From assembly GCF_009914755.1 (NCBI RefSeq), contig NC_060945.1: a DNA stretch of 64,000 nucleotides. One strand, 5' to 3'. Below are positions 32,455 to 48,087 of this stretch, in pieces. Made by a program: the position numbers and the translations under genes. The notes under the pieces are model-generated. The model was not told the origin of the DNA and searched no databases. It saw only the letters and a program-made list of their open reading frames with translations. The DNA comes from the human T2T-CHM13v2.0 reference genome, Homo sapiens. Position 1 is the first letter of the stretch; each line of letters starts with the position of its first letter.

Positions 32455-32660
32455 AACAAGTAGCATTACTGCTGACCCTGTATTAAGAGCTTTACAAAAT
32501 CTATCTAATTTAATTGATTCCTCACAACAGCTTGTGAGATTAGCCAGGGCCATCCCATTTTACGAACCAGGTTAAGGTACCAGCTCGAGGCTATGCAGGT
32601 AAAAAAGGGAGAGGGAAGAATATAAACCAAGATCTCTGTGGCTCTAAAGATCATGTTTTT
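32455..32660 (-). mobile_element. MIR
   Basis: cctcacaacagcttgtgag...atcccattttac. Confidence 0.6.
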
Positions 32661-32791
32661 GTACCCTGTGGTACCCAATTTTTTATTATAAAATAAAAAA
32701 TTCATTAGGTGAGCTAAGTTTATTTATATTTAGTGACAGGAGAAAGGGGCGCTCTTAAAATGTTGCTGCTTATCTTAAAAATAAAAACCTA

Positions 32792-33083
32792 GGCCAGGCA
32801 CAGTGGCTCATGCCTATAATCCCAGCACTTTGGGAGGCCCAGGCGGGTGGATCACAAGGTCAGGAGATCGAGACCATCCTGGCCAACATGGTGAAACCCT
32901 GTCTCTACTAAAAATACAAAAATTAGCTCGGCGTGGTGGCACGTGCCTGTAATCCCAGTTACTGGGGAGGCTGAGGCAGGAGAATCGCTTGAACCAGGGA
33001 GTTGGAGGTTGCAGTGAGTCTAGATTGTGCCACTGCACTCCAGCTGGGTGACAGAGCAAGACTCCATCTCCAAAAAAGAAAAG
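32792..33083 (+). mobile_element. AluSc-like
   Basis: gagatcgagaccatcctggccaac; TSD aaataaaaaccta at 32779-32791 and 33084-33096. Confidence 0.95.
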
Positions 33084-33230
33084 AAATAAAAACCTATGAG
33101 TTGGGTCAGCTTTCAATTTGAAGGACTTCATTTTAAGCATATACTAAAAGTAGTAAGTTTATAAGTAATAAAAGTGCTCACACATGGTTCAGCTGTAGAT
33201 TTCTATTGACTAGATGCTAGTCACGACATA

Positions 33231-33277
33231 TAGCAACAAAAATCTACAGGTTTAGCAACAAAAATCTACAGGTTTAG
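33231..33277 (+). repeat. Perfect 22-bp tandem duplication
   Basis: tagcaacaaaaatctacaggtt x2 plus tag. Confidence 0.97.
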
Positions 33278-34119
33278 AGTTATACTCCACAATGGCAACA
33301 ACAAACCAAAATATGAAAAAATTCCAAAATCCTCTGTATTTGTAAGAAAACATATAACAAAAACTACAATAAAACTTAATTTAAAAAACCGCACAATTTT
33401 TAAAATTTAAAATTCTCAGGACCTGGCCCTTGCAGTGGCTCTATGGATTCTTATAAAGCAATTTTCCACTGCAGGCACAAAGGTATCAATTTCATTTGGA
33501 TTTATCAATCTTCAAAGACTTGGCTGTTTCATGCAGAGAAAATGACTACTACTAAGTAGAGATTTAAGAGGCAGGCAAGTTTAAAGTTGAAAAGTCCCTA
33601 GATTTCAGCACCACAGACTATGAAGATACATATTGATTTCAGGTGTCTCACATTCCTATGACCACTGGAATCTAGTAGACAACATTCTCTGCTCTGGGAC
33701 AACATCTCTTAGGTTATATCAGATATATCTGATGACTAAAAGATGAACAAAATCTACAAAATCATGAACTAAGTCACAAGTTACACAGATGTGCTAAAAG
33801 TTAAATTATTATTTTAAAGAAGACCTGTCACATCTAAAACTAACAGAGAATTTGAAATAAGTTTTCTTAATAAGGTCAAAAATGAACAAGATATACTAGG
33901 AGAAAAAATCCAGGATTAAAAAAACACAAAATTAAAAAAAAAATGACTAAGTGGGTCCAAGAATGAAATGCAAGGTTAGCAAGACTTACATGAACTTAGA
34001 GGTACTACAAGGATTTTACTATCCAGCTGGAAAGATAATGCAGGTGTGTCCAGAAATCACTAACAAAACCGGGGAGCAAATATTTAGAATTAAATGAAAG
34101 GTAAGAGCAATGACTGCCT

Positions 34120-34530
34120 GTCTCATTCTGAGTATGAAGTGGGGTGTAAGGAATGGGTGAGATGTGTCAGCGTGAAGAAGAGTGGGAGGGCATTTCCAGA
34201 AGAACTCAATGCCAAGGGCAAAGGGAAGCCCAAGATGAGATGAACAGACGATGAGCAGAGTGGCCTGATCAGAACAGCAGCTTAACGCTGTACAGAAAGC
34301 AAGGGTAGCAGTTGAGAAGGAAGAGGTGGTAGGAAGACCAGAGTCAGGGTACAGTGGTAGGCGCTGAAAATGACAAGCTGAGCATTCGGTGTTTATTTTT
34401 GTCATTGTTCTTTTTTTACGACTTCATGTGCCCAGAAGTGGATTTGTGAGGGCACAGGAAGCCTCTGAAAGCTTCATAAAGAAGGGAGATAGGATGTAAA
34501 TTCAAATGAGGACATTTCAGTGGCAATAAG
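34120..34530 (-). mobile_element. Probable L2 fragment
   Basis: gggagggcattccagaag...ggaagcctctgaaagc. Confidence 0.5.
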
Positions 34531-34879
34531 TATGATTCATAGTCCTCCAATGCTTTCCGAACAGTGCCTGTGTCTTTCCTAAGGAAAGATCTGATTTTCT
34601 TGGCATCAGGTGAAAACTTAATAATTCCCTGTGGCTAGCTTTCTAGTTCAATTAGCTGTTAGGTTTTCATCGTGGGCAGCCACTAGAACTGCACATTATA
34701 TTCCAGAGCCAAAAGTACTGTGATTATAAGGCTTTTTTCCTCTTTATGTTATTATACCAAAGTAGATCCAAGTATTGTTATTCATCTTAAGGCAAAACAA
34801 ACAAACAAAAAAACAAAACAAACAAACAAAAAACAGTACCTGTGTTGTACCTTTCTAGATAAACTATTAGTTTTATGTT

Positions 34880-35335
34880 TTCAAGGGTAGATTTTCTTAT
34901 TATTCAGGTGAGGCCAAGAGGTCAGGAGATGATTATCATGGAAAAGACAGTTTGTTACTCAGCTCCCAAGAAGCCGGTACATGCCACTACATGCAGGGTC
35001 ATATGGGAAGCACCAGGGTTGGTCAGGAGGGGAAAACATGAGCAAGAGCCTTTTATTGTGGTTTTCATGGAAAGAATGAGCGAAGCAGGGTAGGCGGGTT
35101 TAGGACTGATTAGTTCAAATAATGGTGATGGGGCATGAGGTTGTCCCTAGTGGTCTGGTACCTGGTCCTGGGGTGATTAGAGCAGGTGAATAGTGGCCCA
35201 GAGTATAAGAAGGTGGTTGGGAGTAAGGAGCTTTTGATTGACTGGTTTGCATGGGAAAGACATGCTCAGGGGCCATTCATTTGGCCCTGGGAGGGAGGAA
35301 TCTTCCTGGGGTCAGCAGGGACCCAGATCAGAAAT
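34880..35335 (-). mobile_element. Old ERVL-type LTR fragment (MER76/MER77-like)
   Basis: gcaagagccttttattgtggtttt...ttaggactgattagttcaaataat resembles this family as recalled; minus-strand AATAAA at 35057-35052. Confidence 0.5.
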
Positions 35336-35869
35336 TACAGGAAAGATTAATTGTCTACTAAAGACTGACTGTGATCTTAGAAAATACGCAGCAGTCTAAT
35401 TCATAAATTGCATTTAATGTCTCTCAAGAGATTAAGCATCTGTGCTAAGACAAAAATTTCTCCTATCTTCTGATATTTGCCACAGAATATTAACACTAAA
35501 AATGAATGGCTTACTTTAACCTGAGATCTTTATTCATTCACTTTTATGTCCTACTTCTTTTCCCCCCACATTCACTCCTAGGTTTGTAGACTACAAATCA
35601 GAAAAGTGACTGGAAAATAATAAGTCCATATTTGTTGATTGAATGAATGAATGAATGAGGAATCTGAGCAAGGGCTAAAATCCTCCATATTATCAAACTC
35701 CAATACAACATCCAGTGCCTGGTAGCAGACATAGCTTCAATTGTAGTTGATAGTATATATGGATTAGCCATGTTTTAGACATAAGTTATTTTTTAATTTG
35801 CTTAATTAAGGACCTGCTAAAAAAAAACAAACCAAACCAAAACAGGTTTTTTTTTTTTTTTTTTTTTTC

Positions 35870-36065
35870 AGCAAAGTATAATGAAAGGAGTACTGTACTA
35901 GGAGCAAGAAAGGCCTGGATTCTAAATGTTGTCTCTGGCTCACTGATTTTGCTTTGTGCTAAAATGGGAAGCCACTCTCTCGAACCTCTATTCCACTATG
36001 TATCACTTAGGAGACTAGATGAAATAATCACTATGGTTCAGCTCAGTTTTAAGTCTCTATGATTT
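35870..36065 (+). mobile_element. MIR/MIR3 fragment
   Basis: ggcctggattctaaat...ctctatgatt. Confidence 0.5.
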
Positions 36066-36361
36066 TACAGACTGTAAACAATCGTAGGTTCACAATTATA
36101 ACAGTCTGGGATTTAATACAAAACCTCATCTTTACTAAAGAGCATTTTGATGGATTTTAATTTACAACATGTTGATTACAGGTACTACATATACACAGAA
36201 TAATAATGCCAAGTACCTTTCTTCGCCAGAGAGAATGTTACAGACATCATTTAATTTGTGCTTACAAAATCCAACTATACCTGGATCCTTCCTAGGCAGC
36301 ATGTTCACGGAGGATGCAAAAAACCCACAAACTGTGCCCACACAGTAAACATTTAAAATTA

Positions 36362-36700
<339 letters not shown>

Positions 36701-38683
36701 TTATTTCTCAGAACAGAGAATTTAGTAAAGCAGCGCATACAAGACGTTAATGCTGTTTAAGAGAACACCATGAGACACTGTGCAGCACAGTAAGGATGTC
36801 TTTCACCACTCCCAAGTACAGAATGAAGGAAAAATCTTTAAAATGGTCCATTTTGCAATTATAGCATTAGAGTTCTTTACGAAACAAGCATGCAAAGAGC
36901 AAAAACAGTTGGTGCTGAAGACATGTTTTTCCAAATCCCCATGCTTTCCTAAATTACTATTTTGCAATTTTGAAAGTAAATGATGATATCATCAATATCA
37001 TACACTAAGACTCCTGCAGAAACCACAGATATCTGTAATTAGCCTGTTGTAGAATAACGGCACCCCAGGGAAAAGGTAAATTGTATGATGTATTTTAGAT
37101 AACTGAATTACGAAGACAACCTTCATGAGACAGTATGGGAAACACTACAAAAGATATATAAACATCAATAAACACATTTTTGAATCACAAAAGGACTTTT
37201 CTGTCTTCATAAATTTGACAATAGTCAATGAATTCATTATGCTAGTTGTCAAAAAGAAAGTGATTTCTATTTTGAATTCAACTAATACTGCTAAGCAATA
37301 TTTGAATTGCAACATATACTGCTATATTATGTAACTCATGAGCCAAGTGAATTATAATACCTATACAAGCAATTTTCCAAAAGATTAGTGAGAATTCAGA
37401 GTATTTATGAGCTTAAAAGCAAAAAGAAAAAAGAATTTTGACTTAAGAGGAAGCATATTTAACATAAAAAACAAAATGAGACGTTTTCACTATCTTTTGA
37501 GATCAAATCAATTGTTTCATTCAAAAGGTTATTCAAATATCACCAATGTTCCAAGTATTCCTATTGAATTATTACCTGTGTATTACATTTGGGATATAAT
37601 ATCTCAAAGAGGACTTCAATGAGAAGAATTGATAGCTAAGTCATTTTGAAACTAAACTTGAAGTTAAATACGTTTTCTACATCCTTCAAGAAAATGTCTG
37701 GAATCTTAATCCAAAGTCTTCAAAGATATTAACTAAAACCGGAAGGCTGTTAAATAATTAAACAGTATCTTTCATTTTAAAAAGAAACATTCGTTTTGAT
37801 TTTTTCCCTCCACTTCAATCCTGATTAATAATCATTTTTCAAAAAATAAAAGCAGTTGAGTGTCTATCCAGATGTTGCTTTCAAGTGGAAGGAAGGAGGC
37901 AGGGCATATTCCTGGTGCCTTTACACAGCTGCCCCTGTCTTCTCTGTAGCAAATGAGGGAGTGGTGTTCCTTCTTACATTGGCAGCAACGGGGGAAGGAA
38001 GGAAGGAAGGAAAGAGTCATGTGGGGATTTGCAATTAAGCACATTTGGATTTGAATCCCATTTCTTTTTCAGATCAGCTGTGACCTGGGGCAGGAAACTT
38101 AAGCACTCCATGTTTCAATTTTTTTATCAAGTGGTGATAACATGCCGCAGGACATGATAGGAGAGCTGGGAAAATGAGATACCATACCACATGTAAGTCA
38201 TCCGGCAGAGAGGGTGACACACAGTGGAGCTCATACATGTTAGTGGCCTTCCCTCCTCCTCTGCTTAATACATCCTGTTCAAATCTCAGAGCTAATGCTA
38301 ACCACGGGAAAGTTCTGATACTTTTATTCAAAGCCACTGAAAATGTTTTGGTAGAAGAGTGCAATAATAAAGAAAAAAAAGAAAAGGACAAGTTTTAAAA
38401 TTTTAAAAATTGAGAAAAAGAAACAAAAGAAAATACAAACTAACAAAAAATAAATAAAATAGAACCACTGAAAATGAATTACACACAGGATCACAAAGTG
38501 CAACCTACAGGAAAAGCAGTATGTATTTTTCAAAAAATGTTAGGTGTAGCCCACATAAAAAAGGCCGAAAGTATCAAAAATAAGTAAATTGTTAATTTGT
38601 AAGATTGAAACAATAATTTTGAATATTAAGACCTTTTTGGAAAAAAGGTAAATGTTTTTCTCCATAGCTTCAAGCAAACCAAT

Positions 38684-38827
38684 ATGCAAGTATTTTTAAC
38701 TTAATCATTAAGTTAAAATGAATAAATGCTAAATACCACGTTCTTACTGACTTTAACTTAATGATTAAGTTAAAAATACTTGCATTTCAAGTTCCCAACT
38801 TGAAATGAACATGGTATTTAGCATTTA
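38684..38827. repeat. Interleaved inverted-repeat cluster
   Basis: 34-bp perfect IR, 21-bp IR with one mismatch and 10-bp hairpin (see findings). Confidence 0.95.
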
Positions 38828-39385
38828 AAATGTGCTTCCCTAGCTTTAGTCATCTTCTCATCTTAACTGGTAGAGCTCAAATGAGAACAAGTTAAAGTAA
38901 AAGCAGAAAATAAAACAGTAACATTCTTTTGCATAGTCCAATCTGGCAGAATGACATGTTTAGGCAAACCATATTTTATGTTTGAAACAAATGAAAATGT
39001 ATAAATATTTGGGGTTATACCTGCTGATGAAGATAGTCATCTGGCTGTAACTGTTATAACCATAACATAAGCACCCCTTTGGAAAACTGGAATCATAAAA
39101 CTTACTATATAAGAAGGAAATTTTTTCAGCTCCTATGGTTTGCGAACACTGTCTACTGTATAAAGGAAAGAAGATAAACACTATAATCTGAATCACTATA
39201 ATCAGATTGGCCTAAGTAGAAATGCACTTAGCAACATAATAAGAGAATAACCATGGAACATGAATGTGAGGTATGTTTAATAGGACTGAGGATATTAAAA
39301 AGGATAAAAACCTTCTTTTTAGGCACGTGGAAATGAATATGAATACTATATTACCAACTTAATCCATTGAATCCAGAAATATTTC

Positions 39386-39864
39386 TGTGGTAATTAATTT
39401 TCTGTGCCAACTTGATTGGGCCGCAAGGTGCCCAGATTAAACATTGTTTCTGAGTGTCTTTGTGAGGGTGCTTCTGGATGAGATTAGCATCGGAATTGGT
39501 GCACTCAGTAAAGTAAATCACCCTCCTCAACATGGGCAGGAATCACCCGATCTGCTGAGGGTCTGAAAACAAAAGGGCAGAGGATGGAGCAGTTCACCCT
39601 TTTTATTTCCTGGCTGCCTGAGTCAGGATATTGGTCTTCTCTTCTCCCTGGACTGAAATTTACACCATTGTCTTCCCTGGTTCTCAGGCCTTTAGATTTG
39701 GACTAAATCATACCACCAGCTCTCCTGGGTCTCCAACTTGCAGACAACAGATTGTGGGACTTAGCCTCCATAATTGTTGTGTGAGTCAATTCTGCAGAAT
39801 CAATCTCTTCCTATACATATATATCCTATTGGTCCTGTTTCTCTGGAGAACCCTGAGCAATACA
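39386..39864 (+). mobile_element. ERVL solo LTR, MLT2B-like
   Basis: tgtggtaattaattttctgtgccaacttga...ctctggagaaccctgagcaataca; 5-bp TSD atttc. Confidence 0.9.
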
Positions 39865-40554
39865 ATTTCTCTTCAAGTAAATCTTTGTTAACAGTCCCAG
39901 TTATTTCCCATAGTTGAGGAAGCTGTGTCTCTTTTTATCTTTAACTCAAATTTTTCAGCCATTCATACAAACTCCCCATCTCAATTAGTGTGAGTGAAAT
40001 TATCCTATATTCATACCAACCAGCAAGCCAGATTACTGTCTAGTCAAGCAGAGAAGGATAGCATATGCTGATATTGTTAAATGAATTTAATAGTTCATTA
40101 CTACTGCTCTGCAGCTGGTGAGGATCCCGGAAGGAGAGAGCAATTTTAAGGTGGAGTATGTCCAGAGAGCTCAACTTCTATTTCGTGAATATCCTTATAT
40201 CCTAAAGAGATTAAATTCATAGGACTGACTACCATTTTGTGATTATGTCCACAGAAGGCCAGAGACACGTGTGCCCTATGTCCTCACCCATCAAGGTACT
40301 TCCTTTTGGGAAGGGAGTGGGGCTCAAGGAATGTCAGGATATGTCACAGGACACAGAGGAAACAGGAAGCTGTATATCAGCAGGTCACTGATATATTTAA
40401 GGTACTTAAAACACAGGTCACTGTAACCACTTAGAAAGTGGAAACAAACTGGCTTTAGGAGGGTTTATTTCTGGTTTTGCATTTTAAACTACCATAAAGC
40501 AGTTTATCCTGCTCACAGACCTCTGAGATTCCACGGAACCTCTGATAAAGGCTA

Positions 40555-40860
<306 letters not shown>

Positions 40861-41919
40861 ATAAAGGCTAGGATTTCCATGTTGGCACTCCGTCTCAAAT
40901 AAATAAATAAATAAAGGCTAGGATTTCCATGTTGGCCAAATGATAACAGCCTCTTTTCATCAGAGCCCACCATGCTAGGCATGTTCTGTGTTCTCGTTTA
41001 ATACATGGGAAGAAAAAATTACCCTATTTTATTGCGTAGAGGCAAAACACTATCATTTAACATACCCATTTGCATCCCTAAACACACACAAATAAAGTCT
41101 GTTAAGATTGGGTAAGCCATAAAAAGGCTGTAAAGCTAATTTTTAGAGTAGTAAAGGGCCAATCCATCCACATGCTGGGGCACTGTAAAGGGTTTTTGTT
41201 GTTTTGTTTTGTTAATGAGCAGCACAACTTGGCAAAACAACCATATGCTTTGTTATGATGTCCGTTGGCTTGTTTTCTATGAAACAGCTGTTCCTGCCCC
41301 AAACACTATCTGGCAAATCCTTCAACAGAAGTTGGGTCATAAAGCAGGGATCAAGTGAAAGAGCCCATGGAGCTAGAATATGGAGGACGTTCTGGCCTTG
41401 GGTCCCTCCTTCAGCCTGCTCACTCATGCCTTCTGCAAGCAAGCTGGCTAGGTATGTTCCCCCCTCCACAAAAAACTAGACTTAAAACGAGACAAAACAC
41501 AGGGTTCAATATCCTTAGCTCTAGGTTTTGACCTCTAGATGCCTAGTCATTAGCAGCAATACCAACATCACATGCATAAGCTTTTAACTTTTTAAATGAC
41601 CTTTGTATTTTAGTCTCCTAACAGAGCCTTGAGGGGCATGGTAGGATATATAGGCTATTACCTCCCTTCCTTTTAATAGTGATCATGTGTATCTAAACAC
41701 TCATAACAAATGAAAAAATGTAACAGAAAAGCAGTTCTAATTCCTAGTACATCACTGCTTCAAGGTGAATATTTGCTTCCAAATATACAGTGGCATTTTG
41801 GATGACTAACGCCTTCTACATAAGCCACATCCTTATTCTTTGCCACCCTGGGAAGTCAGAGGTATCAAAGCAGCTGAGACAGCAGCTCTGACATGGACAA
41901 ACTATCCTGCCTTTAGTGC

Positions 41920-42900
<981 letters not shown>

Positions 42901-45024
42901 CACAGGAGGTTGTTGCCCTCAGCCCCCTTCCCACACGAGAAGGGTCAGATTCCCTTCTTTCTCTCACACCAAAATGCTGTATTACCTCAGGGAACTGAAT
43001 ATGAAAACGGGAGAAACTGCTTTCACATGTGCGTGAGGGCTCATTTCAATTTTAATACTGATACACGCATGCTTGTCACAATACTGCCACTTCACACTGT
43101 GATCTATTCTCAATACCTGCCAGAGCTCTGTTTTCTGGGGTGAAGTAACACAGGTTAGCTTTCAGTTTATTCATAAATGGCGATGCTGCACCCAACGTTC
43201 CTATCACAAAATGCTCCTCCATCACTGGGGCCAAGACACCAACGAAACATTTTCCATACCTGTGTTTCCTCTGAGAAAACTGTTAGCATTTGAAGGGAAG
43301 TTACTTTAAAACAGGGGAAAACCTGCTAATATCTTCAGGATGAGGCAGACGTCACTCTCCTAGCCTGTCTGAAGACTCCTTAGAGGATAATCCATTAAGT
43401 TGAACTGTACATGCACTGATTTCCCTCATTTTAGTTCTGATTTTGTAATCATTGCGGAGCACTCCATTTCATATTCATACTAATGTGGTACTTCACATTC
43501 ATATAAGAATGTGGGGTCAAAATTAAAGGCACTGTGAAAGATTGCCCCTATCATTTTGATATGCATTTGTTTCCTCAGGCTCTGGGGTGACCCATAATTT
43601 TACAGTCACAATGGACTCAGGACACAAAAGAAGAAATGACCCACCTTCAAACAGCAATGACCGTGGCCATCTCCAACAGGCCAGAAGGCTGAATGTTTCC
43701 CTAAACCAAGGCTTATGAATGGCATTCAGTCGATATATTAATATTAGATTCTAACAAGAAAATTGGGTTAGTCTCCTTTCATCAGCAGAAAAGCAATTTA
43801 TCTCTACAGCCTTGGTAACAGAAGATTAAAACAAATTAAGACCTATATAAATCATTGCCTTATCATTGAAAATGCTATTTGATACCGACCCAGCAATGTT
43901 GTCATTTGAGATGGCTATAATTTAGGAAAGGAGACAAGGAGGATCATTTATATATGAGTGAAATATAAACTTGTTAGCGTTCATGTGAAACTTTAATCTT
44001 GAAACATGGCAGAGCTTTCCGAGTGCCATGCTTATTATAACTTAAAAAAAAAGTGTCTCTAAAAAAAAAAAAAGTGTCTCTCCATTTTCCTAATTTCAAA
44101 AATAGTTAAAACTCCTAACGCATTCTACATTCAAATATTTATCCTAACCATTAAGTCCAAGATAGAGGAGCCATTTATAACAAGAAAATACAGTTTGTGA
44201 TCCTCCAGTGTAATACCAGACTCTCTTAAAAACAAAATAACAACAAAAGAAAAAACAAAGGCATTCTCCCCCTAATATGCCCTTGTATTACAATTTTATA
44301 GTCAGTGCAATCATAGTTGGTGGAGAACACTATCAATGCATCACATGGACATAAGGTAATAAAAATATAATCTATGATGTGTTTACTCTAGTCAAGCTAC
44401 ATTTCTTTTTTATGTCCATGGACACATACTGACATGGGAATTTTTTCAAATATATGAACTGAATGTGAAGGAACGAATGCTGGCATTATTTTTTTATTAA
44501 CATCTATTCTCTATTCAGCACATCACACTAAAACTTAAAAGCAACCTCAAGTTTGAATCTAAAAAATATATGTGAAGCAATAGCAATAACTGGCGTCCAG
44601 AATGGGTTAACCTTAGGTTATTGTTTTTTGTCAATTTGTCAGAAGCTATTCTTGACTTCGTTAATGGAGGCACATAAAGAAATAACCTGTCATAGCTGCT
44701 CAACACTCAATAGATGAGTTCGAAAAGTCAAAATCTTCAATATTGTCCAGTTTCATATAAACTGTAGCAGTAAAAGGAGATGGTACAGTTAACCTCTATG
44801 GAGGTCTTAAGGATAAAGCTGATTTCATTTTACCCCAGCCTTCCAGAGCAATCTTCTCCTACACTTCTATATTTACTTTATATTGTTATTTAACTCTACG
44901 ACATATCTGGGTCTCAACTCATTAATAAAATTATCAAGTTATTGAAAGCCAGTACTCAGATTCCTTTGCTGGTGTCTCTCAAAATACCTGGCCTCGCACA
45001 TCCTGGGCTCAAAAATAACTGCTG

Positions 45025-45480
45025 CACAGTTCACAACTGCAAAGATACGGAACCAACCTAAGTGCCCATCAACCAATGAGGGATAAAGAAAATGTGGTGT
45101 ATATATACCACGGAATACTAGTAGGCCAGAAAAACCACAAAATAAAAGTCTTTTGCAGCAACTTGGATGGAGCTGGAGGCCATTATTCTAAGTGAAGTAA
45201 TCAGGAATGGAAATACAGTATGTATTCCCTTATAAATTGGGAGCTAAGCTATGATTATGCAAAGGCATAGAGTGGCATAATGGACATTGGAGACTCAGAA
45301 TGAGGAAGAGTGGGAAGGAGGAGAGGGATAAAAAACTACGTATTGGGTACAATGTACACTACTCAGTGAATGGGGACACTAAACTCTCAGACATCACCAC
45401 TATACACTTCATCCCCGTAACTAAAAACCACTTGTATCCCCAAAGCTATTGGAAAAAAAATAAAAATAAAAATAAAAAAA
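45025..45480 (+). mobile_element. L1PB 3' end
   Basis: caacctaagtgcccatcaaccaatg...tgggtacaatgtacact, A-rich tail, ctgctg at both flanks. Confidence 0.85.
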
Positions 45481-45495
45481 CCTGCTGTATTAAAC

Positions 45496-45997
<502 letters not shown>

Positions 45998-46074
45998 TAT
46001 TAAACGATCCACTTACCCTCTTTTGGCAAATAGCTAAACAACAGAGCAGAGACATAATGAACATTCTTTTACCA

Positions 46075-46689
<615 letters not shown>

Positions 46690-47883
46690 TATTCAAAGTA
46701 GATGGCCCTTCTTTTTAAAAAATGCTGAGTTGCTAAGCAATCCAGTTCCTTTCAATTTTAGGGTCATCTCTAATTATTATGGCTTTGAAGAAAAAGCCAT
46801 TCTTCCTATCTAAGCATTTCCAGATACCAAAGATTTAGCTTTTCACACTTGTTAATCTGATAGAATATACTGGCACTGACGTGACAGGTAGTTTAATTCA
46901 CCATCACATCTTTTAATGCTTTAAAATTGTTCTCCCTCCCTAGGTTGGTTGGGGAGCAAAGTGTAATCCCAGGTTGCCTAATCTAATTTGGCAGTTTTAG
47001 TTCCAATGGTATTGCAGAATGTGCTAATGGGAACTAACATTTGCTACTGCACAGTGAAAAGAACAAGAATAGTGTGATTAAGAACAATAGTTCAAATTTG
47101 GCCAAAGATTAAATGGCCTAGGCATTCAGACTTCTGTCTTATGGCTCCTGTCTTTACAACGACCCTGGGGTTAAGGTGGCATATTCCATTGAAAGGCTGC
47201 GTGGTGTGAGTTTTCTACGATTTGAAAATTATGAGCTTCTGCGGCAACAAACTTGGAACCTGGGGATGGAACTTGGGGCCTGACTTGTTAAGTTCCAATT
47301 CTTTTCATATTCTCTGTAAGTGTACCAGTCTGTTTCATGTCATCTGGACCATTCTGATGTGCCTAGAAATCAATCTTTTTCCCTCCCTCAATCCTGCATG
47401 GGGTCAGGCCTACACCTCTGCACAAACTATAAGGCCATAAACATAATCCTAAAGTACAAATAACCTGTGTAGCAAGACTATAGGACATCTCTACAGATGG
47501 TTGTCCTCCAGCATATCCTGGGATTCTAGGAAACTAAGATGAAACAGAGAGGAGAAAGGGGTGGTGCATAGGTGAACCAATGACTTCAAACTAAGGGATT
47601 TGCTGGTTTCTCTTCTGCTGCCACAGTAGCTTACATTAGAGCAGGAAAACTACGAGACCTTCAATACTATAGTCAGGACAGCAACAGCAACTTCCACTTT
47701 ACCTTGCAAATATTGAGAGCTTGGACAATAGTCTAACAAATTCAATTTCAAACATCTGTCGAGAATTGGATGATGCTGACATTCTAACATTTCAACATGC
47801 CCCCAAATTTGTGGAAAGTACACGTGTTTACACCAGGAGAGTTCTATCTCTGAGTCAGATGTGGGGAAACTACTACTCTAGAA

Positions 47884-48087
47884 CAGGATTCTCAACCAGA
47901 ATGTGACCCCCTGGGCACATTTAGCAATGTCTAGAGACATTTTTAGTTATCACAGCTGGAGTTGTGTTAATGGCATTTAGTGGGTAGGGGTCAGGGGTAC
48001 TGCTAAACACCCATATGCCTAGGACAGACTCCTAAAAATTAATTATTTGAATCAAAATGTTAATAGTGCTGAGGTTGAGAAACCTTG
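47884..48087 (+). mobile_element. MER20 hAT transposon
   Basis: ttctcaacc...gcaatgtctagagacatttt...gtgctgaggttgagaaacc. Confidence 0.85.

Noticed and set aside
35815-35873. A-run facing a long T-run, resembling a terminator hairpin
   Set aside because: Simple homopolymers; intrinsic terminators do not apply to a Pol II intron. At most an internal-priming site
44044-44081. Repeat of (A)n-gtgtctct
   Set aside because: Trivial slippage duplication
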